Below are positions 52,021 through 63,749 of a stretch of 64,000 nucleotides of DNA, piece by piece (position 1 is the first letter of the stretch; each line of letters opens with the position of its first letter). The position numbers and the translations under genes are program-made. Where the stretch lies: NCBI GenBank assembly GCA_013265495.1, contig MU057377.1:434001-498000 (forward strand), read 5' to 3'. This stretch comes from Vicugna vicugna (Eukaryota). Below the pieces are notes generated by a model that did not search any database, had not been told where the DNA came from, and saw only the letters and a list, made by a program, of their open reading frames with translations.

Positions 52021-52353
52021 AATAAAGGTTCTTTCCTTGAGCAAACTTTAATCAGGCACCCCTAAATTCTCTTCTTAAGTAGGCTCGGCTGTGTTTGCCT
52101 GTGCATCCCTCAATTTTATCAAGAATCCTGCTACGGCAGTTTAGCCAGAATCCCTCCTCACGACTGTTGTCTCAGTTTCCAACACTGGCACGCCAGCATC
52201 CCAACCTGCTACCAGGCTATAAAGTCCCACTTCTCCTTGCCTGGAATTGGGCCCAATCTCTCCCCTAGTACGGAACTCCACTGTAGTAGACCCCCATGCA
52301 TAAAGTTTGCCTTACCGTTCTTTAACACGTGTCAGGAATACTGTTTCTTTAAC
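52021..52353 (+). mobile_element. MER31-like ERV1 LTR
   Basis: ccttgagcaaactttaatcaggc...caagaatcctgcta...gtttagccagaatcc...ggctataaa...gcccaatctctcccc...ttctttaaca, ending in CA. Confidence 0.7.
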
Positions 52354-52999
52354 AGGTCCATCCACAGGGGAATGGGGACCGGGTTCACCAGTCTGGTCAC
52401 CCGTCCTACGTGGTTTCAGCCTCTTAGTTTCCTCGTGTCTGCACACTCACAGGACTAGGACCTCGCTACTAAAACGCTGGTGCTCGGTGGCGCAGGATCA
52501 CCCGGGGCTGTGTCAGAAGTGCACGATCTTAGGCACAGGCTCCAAAAGTTATCCTCGTGGGTTTTTTTTTTCTTTTTGTTTCGGTTTTCTTTCCTGTCCT
52601 ACTAGCTGTATACTTATATGTACACTTTTCAACGATTCCTGTGGACAGTAAGAAGTGAAAAAATAATTTCAGGAGCAGCTGCGTTAGCTGTTTAAATCAG
52701 AAAATCAACGAGACGGCGCCCAGCGCGCTTCCTCAGATGCAGAGCGGCGTGCGAGGAGCCGCCCGCAAACTGCCGCGCGCCGCGAGGATGCTCCCCGCCG
52801 GTGCCGCGGGGCCTCCGCCCGTTCCGACCAAGCTCCGCGTCAGCCTTCCCCGTCCCAGGCCCCGCAAGGCTGCCCGCAAGGCTCCGACCGGCTCCAGCCC
52901 GCCGGCCGCCCAGCGGACCCCAGCAAGCGGGGCCCCACGGGCGGGGCGGCTGACGGAGCATGCGCGCGGGGGACGCACATGCGCAGTGGCCGGCGCAGG

Positions 53000-53177
53000 G
53001 CCGCGCTGAGTGTCCCGGCGGCCGCGAGGCTGCGCGCGGTTGACGTGTTCGGTGGCGGCGGCGGCGGCGGCTGCGGCGGCAGCGGCGGGGCGCGGGGAGG
53101 GAAGCGAGCGCGCCGGAGTGGAGCTCGGCGGCCGGGAGCCAGCGGGGAGCCCTGTGTTCCCGGTAATGGATCCGTGC
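53000..53177 (+). other. ZBTB41: Putative ZBTB41 non-coding exon 1 (start uncertain)
   Basis: Lies downstream of the NRF1/GC-box motifs. Candidate donors CG|GTAATG (53162/53163) and GC|GTGAGG (53177/53178). An acceptor exists at 53716-53717. Confidence 0.45.
53051..53088 (+). repeat. Interrupted (GGC)n trinucleotide repeat in putative ZBTB41 non-coding exon 1
   Basis: ggtggcggcggcggcggcggctgcggcggcagcggcgg. Confidence 0.85.
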
Positions 53178-53717
53178 GTGAGGCGTCCGCGCGGGGGAGC
53201 GGGTGGGCCGCGCGGCGGGGTCCCCTCGGCCGGCGGGGCCTGCGGGGGGCGGGCCCCGGGCGTCCGGCCCCGGGGCACCCCGCTCTCCTCTCCGCGCCCC
53301 TCCTGGGGCCGCCTGCCGGGCGCCTCGGCCCGTGACGCTCGTCGTCCTCGCCCTGCGGAAGCGTGTTGACGGGGACGCGGACTCGGCGGCCGCCACGGCC
53401 TTATTGTCACCCTCCTGGCACCCCGACCCCGCGAAGGTGGTCGCTCCACCTGCGCCCTCGGGCCGCAGGGCGCCGCCCTCCCCGACCCTCCTTCCTCACC
53501 CTGCTCCTGAGTCGGGCCTGCAAGGTGCGCGCTGGCTCCCCTTAAAATTATTCTTTTGTTGCCTGTCTTTCCGAACCCGGCCTCCCCGTTCTCCGGCCTG
53601 AAACCTTAGCGGCGAATGAGTGCGGGCGGTGACTGTCGCAGTGTCGGCATCCCTCGGGCAGGGTTTGTGGGGTCGCTGTGCCCAGGGGTGTCTTACGTGT
53701 TCTTACTCTCTCCGCAG

Positions 53718-53834
53718 ACCATGAAACCCTCGGGCGCGCCCCTCCCCCAGCTGCTGGCCAGGACAGTCTAGTTCTCCGTGGTCCACCCCGTCAGACACTT
53801 ATGAAGTTTCTTGTTCTGGAACTGTTGTACTGCA
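53718..53834 (+). other. ZBTB41: ZBTB41 exon 2, 5' UTR part
   Basis: Acceptor ttcttactctctccgcAG|acc with AG at 53716-53717. Confidence 0.75.
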
Positions 53835-54957
53835 ATGAAGAAAAGGAGAAAGGGTACTTCACATCTCGACGAGAAGATCCACCTAGGCTATCATAAAGAG
53901 TCTGCAGAGGGACATGTCTCGGTGGAGTGTGGCCCAGTAACCTGTACTCGCTCCACGGAGAGACCGGCTCCCGAGGGTCTTCACTGTTACCAGGAACTGC
54001 CTCCCTCTCCGGACCAGAGAAAGCTTTTGAGCTCTTTGCAGTACAATAAGAATTTGCTGAAGTATTTGAACGATGATAGACAGAAGCAACCGTCTTTCTG
54101 TGACTTGCTTATCATAGTGGAAGGGAAGGAATTTAGTGCCCATAAAGTCGTCGTTGCTGTTGGCAGTAGTTACTTTCATGCGTGTTTGAGCAAAAATCCA
54201 AGCACTGATGTTGTCACGCTGGATCACGTAACGCACTCAGTTTTTCAGCATTTGCTTGAATTTCTTTACACATCAGAATTTTTTGTGTACAAATATGAAA
54301 TACCTCTTGTGTTAGAGGCTGCAAAATTTCTGGATATTATAGATGCAGTTAAGCTGCTCAATAACGAAAATGTTGCCCCTTTTCAGGCTGAGCTAATTGA
54401 AAAGTCATCACCAGAAGAAACCCTCAGTGAATTGACTGGAAGACTATCAAGTAATCATCAGTGCAAATTCTGTAGTAGACATTTCTGTTATAAAAAGTCT
54501 TTGGAGAATCATTTGGCTAAAACCCATAGGTCCCTTTTGTTGGGGAAGAAACATGGGTTAAAAATGCTGGAGAGAAGTTTTTCCACAAGGAGATCAAAAA
54601 GGAATCGAAAGTGCCCCGTGAAGTTTGATGACACCAGCGATGATGAGCAGGAAAGTGGCGATGGGTCCGACAGTTTGAATCAAGGCAGCTTTGAGAAGGA
54701 CAAGGCAGATAGAAATGATTCTGAGGATCCTGGAAGTGAATATAATGCTGAAGAAGATGAGCTAGAGGAGGAAATGTCAGATGAGTCCTCTGACATTGAA
54801 GAACAGAGTGAGAAAGACCAGAATGATGGGGAAGAAGAGCCCGAGGCCGGGGATTCCGTAGGAAGCATTCAGGAGGGGTTGACCCCTGTGGTCATCCAGA
54901 ACAGGAACAAAAAAATACTGCAGTGTCCCAAGTGTGATAAAACATTTGACCGCATAG
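53835..54957 (+). CDS. ZBTB41: ZBTB41 first coding exon: basic N-terminus, BTB/POZ domain, one C2H2 finger, acidic tract, start of finger array
   Basis: MKKRRK... BTB FCDLLIIVEGKEFSAHKVVVAVGSSYF...FQHLLEFLYT; C2H2 CKFCSRHFCYKKSLENHLAKTH; D/E-rich region; CPKCDKTFDRI, then donor G|GTAAGA at 54957/54958 (phase 1). Confidence 0.97.
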
Positions 54958-57049
54958 GTAAGAAAAGGAGGCTCGTTTCCTGTCTCTTGTAACTTACTCT
55001 TCATGGATATTTTAAAGGTGGTAATTAAACACTAACCTTTGAAAGTAAATTTTACAAAGAAAACTTAAGTAGGGAGGATATTTGATTTTCAATATGTATT
55101 TTATCCTGTTACTTTAAATTTGTTGATTCCGGAGTTAAATATTTATATTACCCTTTATTTTCTGTTCTTCACGTCTCAGCAGTAGATGACAGATCATTAG
55201 TTCATGTGTTTAGTATGAAAAATTCCAGTGTCAGTAGTTACGAATGTAGAGCTTTGATTTATATGCTAATTTTAATTTCATTGAGTCATTATAGAAAATT
55301 GAATTAGGTTATATTAGATATAATTTAATCATTTGTATACTGTTTCCCCTTGAGCATGGTAATATGTGACTTGGTCACTTTTCCAGTATCCAGTACTGTT
55401 CAGAATTGGGATATTTCAGATCAGTCTAATATATAGTTAAGAATAAAACTGTCCTAAATGTAATTTCATTCTGTAGGCAGAGACTTTAGGGAGTGTCCTA
55501 ATAGTATTCTTGGGTTATTAATAATAAGTCAACTTTTTCTTTATAAAAAAGCATATGTAGGAAATGTCTATACCATTAAGTTAGAAATTTATCAGTGAAT
55601 ATTTAATTTCAAGAGTTAGTATTTGCTGGTAAGATAATTTTTGGAGGTGTCTTCCATGGACTTTCTAATGTGACCTTTTAAATGACAACAGTTAAGCTAT
55701 TTACATATAAATCGAAGTTATGGAATTGGAAAGAGAATTCTACCATCTATGATGATAAAAGGAACAGATAAGTGTAATTCGACCTTGTAAAATTACTTAC
55801 ACAGTTTAATACATCCCCACGTGTCTCGCAGCTTTGAGGTGCTTGTGTTATTGGCACAGGTGGACGTTGGTTATAGGAGGTATTGGTGATCATTTGCTCT
55901 CAAAATATTCAATAGTAGGAAGTATGGCAAAGCAGTGGTAGCCTCTTTTTGCTTTTTATTATGCCTTTGAATTTTTTCTCTAAATCAAAATACTTTTGGC
56001 AATCCAGTTTAATAATTATTTATACTATTTTTACTGTGCTTGAAGTTCCATACAAATGAGTAAAATAACTTTTTGAGTAACTCAGTCAGTTGGGAGGGCC
56101 TGTGTGTACCACTCAGGCTGGACACGTGCTCTTGTAGAGCTGTGAACATGTACTGGGAGGGTAGAGAGAGGACAGCATTTTTAGATTGAGATGCCTGAGA
56201 ACATTTCATCTTTCCAATTGATTCTGCTTTTTAAGACTGTATTCTGAGCATGTGCTTTGTGTATTATGCCTTAATTTGACTTAATTTGACTTGAGATGTG
56301 TGAGCAGTAGTTAGTTTGCACATGACATTGATCAGGAAATGTCCTGTTGGACACTAGGTCTGCGAGATGCTTCATGAGAAAGGGTTCTGTGTTCAGGTAA
56401 GACTGGGAAACTATACACAGTCTGGATTAACGCTGTCAAATTCACTAGTAAAGAAACCTGTTAATTTCAGTTAACTTGGCATTTCCTCAGGTAATTTTAC
56501 TGCAAGATACTTTGGGGGAAACTCCTAGGAGAGTTCTGTGCACGCAATTGAGGGAAATACTGCTCAAGATTGAAGTCCTGATGGACTGAGAAGAAGGTGT
56601 TTTGCAGCTTTTTTAACCGAGGTCAGCTCAGATAATCAGATAATTGTGGGACTCAGTAGGGCACTTTGTAGGCTTATTCCCAGCCTCCCTTATGAGTGTA
56701 TTTTACATTATACCCCACTTATCCAGACCGCCTTTTGCTTAGCCTCCTTGGGGCTGCTGACTTTTCCCCAGTAGAGAGAGAGAGAGTGTGAGATTGTGAT
56801 TTTATCACACTGGTTGGAAAGTATGAGCTGGGATGACGTCAGACTGCCTGCATTTTTGAATTCAGGTCTTATGTGAGTTACTTAACCTGTTTGTACTTTC
56901 ATTTCCTCACAGATGGAGTGGGATGATGCTAACAGTACCTCCTCATGGGGGTGATATTGAGGATTAAATGGGATAGTTCTCGTGAATCACTTAAAATATT
57001 GTGTGAGATTTGGAAGGTGTGCAAGGAATGCTAGCTGCTGTTAGTCATC

Positions 57050-57660
57050 CTTGATAATTTGTTAGTGTCTCTACTATACAAATACGAAATGATATATTCT
57101 CTGTCCTCAAGAATCTTAGAGATTAATGAGTACATGCAAAAACACAATTATATTACAATAAAGATTATCTTATCAGGATAAGTGCAGAGGACTAGAGTAA
57201 TTAAGAAAGATTTCACAGAGCAGTTAGCATTTGAGCTGGGACCTAAAGAATCAGGAGGAACTTACTAGGCAGAAGGACCAACAATTGTTGTGCAGAGACA
57301 CTGAGGTAGTTGTATTCTGGAAATTGCTAAGGGCAGCGTGATTTCAGGTGGGCAAGAAAGTGAAATATGAAAGTGGCAAGCAGTAAGGATTGGCTAGTAA
57401 GCGGAGGTCAAGTTCTGAATGGTTTATATGCAATACGCAGGAGGCTGAATTTTACCCAGTGAGTGATAGAAACGAGAAAACTTTGACAGAGGAAATGGCA
57501 GCCTGTAGGAGTTCTAGAAAGGTCACGCTGGCTTCAGTGCAGGGAAGGAAACTGGAGAGGACCAGGGGTGTAGAGGCTTGGGCAGGGAAGATGAATGCAT
57601 TGGGAATGGGATGTGGGATGAGGGTGGATCAGAGTTGCGCTGAGTGGGGACTGCAGTGGG
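57050..57660 (-). mobile_element. L2 LINE fragment in ZBTB41 intron
   Basis: ctctgtcctcaagaatcttaga...gaaagatttcacagagcagttagcatttgagctgggacctaaagaat is an antisense L2 pattern. Confidence 0.6.
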
Positions 57661-60600
57661 CTGGTGATGGGTACAGTGAAAAGCATGTGCCGATGGCGAA
57701 GACCCATGTTTCTTCAGTGTCCTCCTGTATCATCTCTGTCAGAAGTCCTGCTCTTACACAGCTCAAGGCTGCTGTCCAGTCAGCCTCGTATCACCCACGT
57801 TCCTTTCATGGGATTTTAAAATGCCCATCTCAATTTTGAATTGTTATTTATCTATTTCATTGTGAGCTTGAAGGTTTTGTATCTCCATTTTGGTTGGTAT
57901 CCTTTGTAATACCCCAGGTCATTTCAGAGAGTGAGTTTTGGTTAAGCTCTTGTGTGATTGAACTAAGTTGAAAGGTTGACGTCTGACTCTGGACTTAACA
58001 AGCCTTAGCTTGCTGTCTCTGAGTGGGTAGATGAGAGATAATTAATAAGCCCTGAGACCTTCTGCTGGAACTATTAGCTCCACAGTATGTAGTTTACTAA
58101 TTTAAGTCCATCACTTTGGATCTTTTATCTTTTCTGGTGTATTTAGTAGTTGCTCAGTGAGACTCCTGATCCAGTTATATTTTTCCTTAGGCCACCAGCT
58201 GGCCTCCCCTCAGCCTATTCTCATGCAGACAGGAGTCCTTTGACCTTTTCCTCTTTTTTACCAAAAACCTAGTGGGTGAAACGTTGAAAAAGGGAGAAGA
58301 TGACAGTTGGGTAAGAGAAAAAATTTGGATAATTTATCTTTTTTGTCATTCTTACTAGGAACTAAAATCTATCCTTAGATTTCATCTCTTCTAGAGGTAG
58401 AAAATGCTTTGTAACTTAAAAAAAAAATGGGACTCACTACAACATTTTGACAGATTCCACTTGGTTCTGAATCAGGAAGAGTTGTAGCAGTGGCATAATT
58501 CTCTACTTTAAGGTTAAATATTTTAGTTAAGTATTCTTTAGGGTATGCCAAATTAATAAATTCAAGGTATAATTTAAGATTTATCATGTGAGATATATAA
58601 TGAGCTAATTTGGTGATGTTTCTCTTTGTAAAAGCTCCATACAGAATCTGATAGTAATTTTGCATGACCCACATGGAATGAAGCAGAAGGTCACGTTTCT
58701 TCATGTGAATATTTGTATTTTCTGTCTCCTCATTTGGGACACAGTTCCTACTGGGACTCCATCCAAAGAAATGCTGTGGATGAAATTTCTTAATATTATG
58801 TGTTTTCTATTGGTGATCAAGAATGGTTGGTCATAGTGTAGTATTCTGTGAAGGAATAATGGGTTTCTTTTTTAATTGGAACTTTATTTGATAACTTTGA
58901 AGTGAACGTTTGATTTATACAGTATTGGAATCCCACGCCCCACTCCATAAAAGAAGAAACAATTGTAGAGGTTTCTTCTGAGAGATGTTTATGCTGAAGA
59001 GAGCCCACCCACGTCCCTGCCAGCTGATTTAAACATGAGGTTTCTTTGGATCTTTACCTGACTTTTGGGTTCAGCATTCCCTCAGAAGCTGTGTCTCGTC
59101 TGTTGTTCAAAAATTCAAATCCGTGTGGACCACAGGCACTACCAAGCCTCTCTGCATGAAATTTGAATTAATAATATAACAAATTTTTTTTTACTTTAGG
59201 GATTCTAAATGTTATAATGAATTATTCAAATTTATGTATTTTCATTGATCTCCTTGAATTTTGCTCTGTTTATTTTAAATAATTTTTTTAAATTTTGGCT
59301 ATTTTGGTTTAAATGTCTGAATGTTCTTTTTTTGTTGTTGTTAAATCTTATGAAATCTATTGTTCTGTCAGAAAACGGAAATTTAATAGGCAGAAGTGGT
59401 TTTCATTTTTAATTTAACTGCCATTTGATGGTTTTAATTTTCAACTACCTGCAACTTAATTTTTATTTGCAAGCAAGCAAAAATATCTTGACTTTAAATA
59501 AAGGGAAAATTCTACTAATTGTTAATTTAGCATCTTTCCAGCAAAGACATTTTTGTAGAAAATAAAAGATTTGGTGAAAATTTTTTTTAATAATTTTAGA
59601 TTTTTATTAAGTTCCTCTTCCTGTTCACTTGGGTATAAAAATCAAGAGACTTGTACTTTAGGGGGTTAATAAGTTAGCTTTCAGTCTTGAGATTCTGTGC
59701 TAAGCAAACATAGTCAGTCCCCAGGTAAGAGTGGTCCTGTTCCAAAAGTCACTTATAAGTTAGTCACTTAAAAATCATACTGTGTACTCTTGATTTACTT
59801 ATCATTTCTCCCACAAGTGTGTATGTATCATTTACATCATTTTAAAAACAAGTTTATGAAAAATGTGGAATGTGAAAACTTTCACATTGAAGTAAAACTT
59901 TTTTTTTAATTCTGTACAGTGACCCCTATCTTTGTCAAATTAAAATTGTGGATTATTAGTACATATTGATGATGTTTGGATTCTGTACCTTTTCTCATAT
60001 CCAGTAGATGTGTAACAGATGTTAAGGAACCCAGTGTAAGCATGCTGTGTTAGAGACTGAAGTCAGCTTAGAGAACATTTCTCCAGAGACATTACGTTAT
60101 AGCAGTAATGGGCTGGTTATGCCCTGCAGAAGGTAGTAGAAATCAGTGCTTTTCCAACTTTTTTTAGATGATTCAAGGTCAGAAATACATGTAGTATTAT
60201 GCATATACTTTTTTTATATGTGTATGTGCTCATGCATACATTGAAGCAGAGTAATTGCATGAATCCAGTATGAATGCACTCTGATATTTCCTACTCTGTT
60301 CTTTTCCCTTTTCCTCCCCAGTGCTAGTCACAACCCAGAGAATTGATTTTATGAACACCAGGGACTTTTAGTTTGTAAAATAGCGATCTAAGCCAGTGTG
60401 CAGTTCACTTCTTGTTTTAGAGAACCTACTTGCTATTTGGTGGTGTCTGTGAAGAGTCATCACAGACACATGAAAACACCTCTCCCCCAGGGAAGGCCCG
60501 TATTAGCTCTGGTCCCTTGCCAGCGGAGGAGGTGGTGGCAAGGTTGGGGTGTACACACACCTGTGTGGATGGCAATCATGCCTGCAATGGCAGAGAGAGA

Positions 60601-61984
60601 ACGAGGAGATACTGGGCGTTTTTAGCAGTGGCCGGGGACGAAGCCAAGTTGTTGCAGGGTTTGCAGACAGCTGCAGTGCCAGTTTGATCTGTTACAGCAT
60701 ATTCATAAACCAGGTGTATGCATATTTGTATTTGAGATACAGCTACGTGTCCATCCTGTGGCTAATAAGCCTAATAATAATGCTAACAACTAGTATTTCC
60801 TAGTGCTTGCTATGTGCTGGGGTGTTTTAAGTGTTCTGTGTATATTAACTTGTTATTTCTCACAGCCCTGGAAGTGTTAAGAACTCAGGTAGACAGAGGT
60901 TGAATAAACTACTAGCTGGGCTGAGATCACATAGCTAATTTAGTAGGTGCCCAAACATTGAGCACGTTGCCTGACTGCATGCATGTAAAAGGTACATAGA
61001 TCTTCAAATGGTCTGTGCGTAATCCCTAGTGGATTTTTGTCGTACTTTTGTTCTTCTTTGCTTATGATTGTCATCCTTCCCCCCAACCTTGAAGGGAAGG
61101 TTCCCTTCCCTCGGTATTCTGATGTAAGTGCAGTGCAGTTAATTTTTAGATAATATACAATGTGTTTATTAAATTGAATCATACGTAGTTATATATAATA
61201 AATTGGTAAATTAATTTATTAAGTAGATGAGTAATTATGATTATCTATTTTTCCTCAGTGGCCTTGGAATATTTTGGATTTTTTTCTAATCTCCATGGTA
61301 TGTATAGGATTTATCTTTTTTTCTTTTAAGTGTATGGCTGAAATGCTATACTTTCACATTAACTTTGGCCTGAAGAAAAATATATACATTTATTTTTTCA
61401 GGACAAAGCAAAACTAAGCTTTTCATTGAAAACTGCTCTTTATATTATTAGTATTTTTTCTTATTTTTTGTTGCCTTTTACTTCAAAGTTGACATTTTTA
61501 TTTTAAGCCACTAGATGTGCACGTTCACAGCTTTGATGACGGAGTAATAGTAATAACCAGCGTGAACTGATAGCGTGTGATTGGTTAGACACAGTTGTAA
61601 GCATTTTATGTGTATTAATTAATTTGTTCTTACAACAATCCTCAGAGGTAAACACTGTTATTTTGCTTTTATTTTTATACATTCTTATTATCCCAGTATT
61701 ATTTTTTCAGATGAGAAAGATGTGAGGCTAAAAAGGTCACTTGTCCAAGATCACATAGCCCGCAATTTAAAGTCAGAGTTCTTACCCACGTACCTCGATC
61801 CAGGGTCTGTCCCTCTCTCTACCTGTGATACTGTTCTGCCTCTGTTATGTAGAAATTTATATTCTAAATAATGGTGTAAAAGAATTTTAGTCTCAGAAGG
61901 AATATAAACAAATATTAAACCAAAGTGTATCCTTTTATTTCATTTTTTATTGTAACTTTTCCCTTTGGACAGTTTGTATGAAAA

Positions 61985-62698
61985 TTTTTCTTTTTTTATG
62001 TTTTTATTGAATTGTAGTTGATTTAAAATATTGTGTTTCAGGTGTACAGCAAAGTTATTCAGTTATATGTAATTTTACTTTTTAAGATTCTTTTCCATTA
62101 TAGGTTATTACAAGATATTGAATATAGTTCTCTGTGCTGTATGGTAAATCCTTCTTGTTCATCTATTTTATATATAGTGGTGCATTTTCTGTTCATCCAA
62201 TACTCCTAATTTATCCCTCCTCCCACTTTCCCCCTTTGGTAAGTTTGTTTCTTATGTCTGTGAGTCTGTTTCTGTTTTGTAGATAAGTTCATTTGTATTA
62301 TTTTTTAGATTCCACATTAATGATATCATATAATATTTGTATTCCTCTGATTCACTTCACTTAGTATGATAATCTCTAGGTTTATCCATGTTGCTATAAA
62401 TTCTTTTTAAAGGCTGAGTAATGTTCCATTGTGTGTTGATGCTACATCTTCTTTATTGATTCATCTGTTGATGGACCCTTAGGTTGCTTCGGTGTCTTGG
62501 CTGTTGTAAATAGGGCTGCTGTGAACATTGGGGTGCATGTGTCTTTTCAAATTAGTTTTCGTCTTTTCTGAATATATGCCCAGGAGTGAGATTGCTGGAT
62601 CATGTGGTAGCTCTATTTTTAGTTTTTTAAGGAACCTCTATACTGTTCTCCATACTGGTTGCACCAATTTACATTCCCACCAACAGAGGAGGAGGGTT
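61985..62698 (-). mobile_element. L1 3' end (antisense) in ZBTB41 intron
   Basis: tttttattgaattgtagttgattt...gagattgctggatcatgtggtagctctatttttagttttttaaggaacctc...ttacattcccaccaacag. Confidence 0.9.
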
Positions 62699-63541
62699 AA
62701 AACTCCTTGACTGTCCCCACAGGATATACTTGTAATATTTGTACAGCACTCGGGCATTCAGGACATAATGATCTCACATTAGTTAGCCTCTGGGTATCTG
62801 TGCATTATCCCTGTTCATTTTGTCCTTTTCCTGCTTTCCTTGGTACTGCCCATATGTGTTGGCTTCAGTAGCTTAGTTTTAAGCATGCAGTCAATATAGG
62901 TGACTTACTTGTGTCCTAATGTCTTGTAAGTTGGAGAGGTCTCATGTCAGTGGGCTGTAGTGACGTATGAATTTTGTTGAGTATTCTAGATTTGCAGTAC
63001 CCTTTCCAGATTACTTTCTGTGGGAAGAGAGATGAAAATATGTAAGATACATAACATTATATTGCCTTTTATGATATTTTTAAAAGGCCTTTCAAATCTG
63101 AAAATTATTAATTCATGGACATACATGATGAAAGTAAAATATGAAAATTCTAAATTTTAAATGATGAGTAGATCTTTTGCTGAAGGTCATTTTTAAATTG
63201 GGGTAAAAAAGACATCTCAAAGTCTTATTTAAGTTCAGAGAATTTGCCAACAAAATTTTAAGAAAATTTCCCCAAACTTTTGATTTTTAAACTATGTAAA
63301 CATGAATAATTGTTTTTTAAAATGCCATGTTTTTGAGGAAAAGGTACACTGAGCAGTAAGCTCAAAGCAATAAGGCTTTAAGATTGATCAGACAGACAAA
63401 GCTAGGTAAACTTTTTTCAAGTTTGGGTGTGGATGTGTCTGTTAAGTATACTATTAATCTTGAGATTTTATTCCGCTGTCAAATTTCAGTCACTATGTAG
63501 TGGATGTACTGAATTTAATTTTGATTTCTATCTTTTTGTAG

Positions 63542-63749
63542 GGAAATATGAGAGCCACACACGCGTTCACACAGGTGAGAAGCCCTTTGAGTGTGATATT
63601 TGTCACCAGCGCTATTCGACAAAGTCTAACCTAACTGTTCACAGAAAGAAGCACAGTAATGAAACAGAGTTTCATAAGAAGGAGCACAAGTGCCCTTATT
63701 GTAATAAACTTCATGCAAGCAAGAAGACTTTAGCCAAGCATGTTAAGAG
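63542..63749 (+). CDS. ZBTB41: ZBTB41 internal coding exon (C2H2 zinc fingers), 208 nt
   Basis: Acceptor tctttttgtAG (63540-63541). Phase-1 join gives G|GG=Gly and completes CPKCDKTFDRIGKYESHTRVH-TGEKP-FECDICHQRYSTKSNLTVHRKKH...CPYCNKLHASKKTLAKHVKR. Ends at AG|GCAAGT. Confidence 0.95.

Larger units (their letters stand above)
52700..53700. promoter_or_regulatory. ZBTB41: CpG island / ZBTB41 promoter
   Basis: Very GC- and CpG-rich block. GC box gggcgggg near 52939; NRF1-like gcatgcgc (52958-52965) and gcacatgcgca (52975-52985); CRE half-site tgacgt near 53041; no TATA. Confidence 0.9.

Noticed and set aside
52692..53601. Several long overlapping ORFs (up to 238 aa) on both strands
   Set aside because: Ala/Arg/Gly/Pro low-complexity translations expected from stop-poor CpG-island DNA; no domain recognised.
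53811..54992. ORF-track 393-aa protein as a complete gene
   Set aside because: It starts at a TTG upstream of the real ATG (53835) and reads through the donor at 54958 into the intron; it is one exon of ZBTB41.
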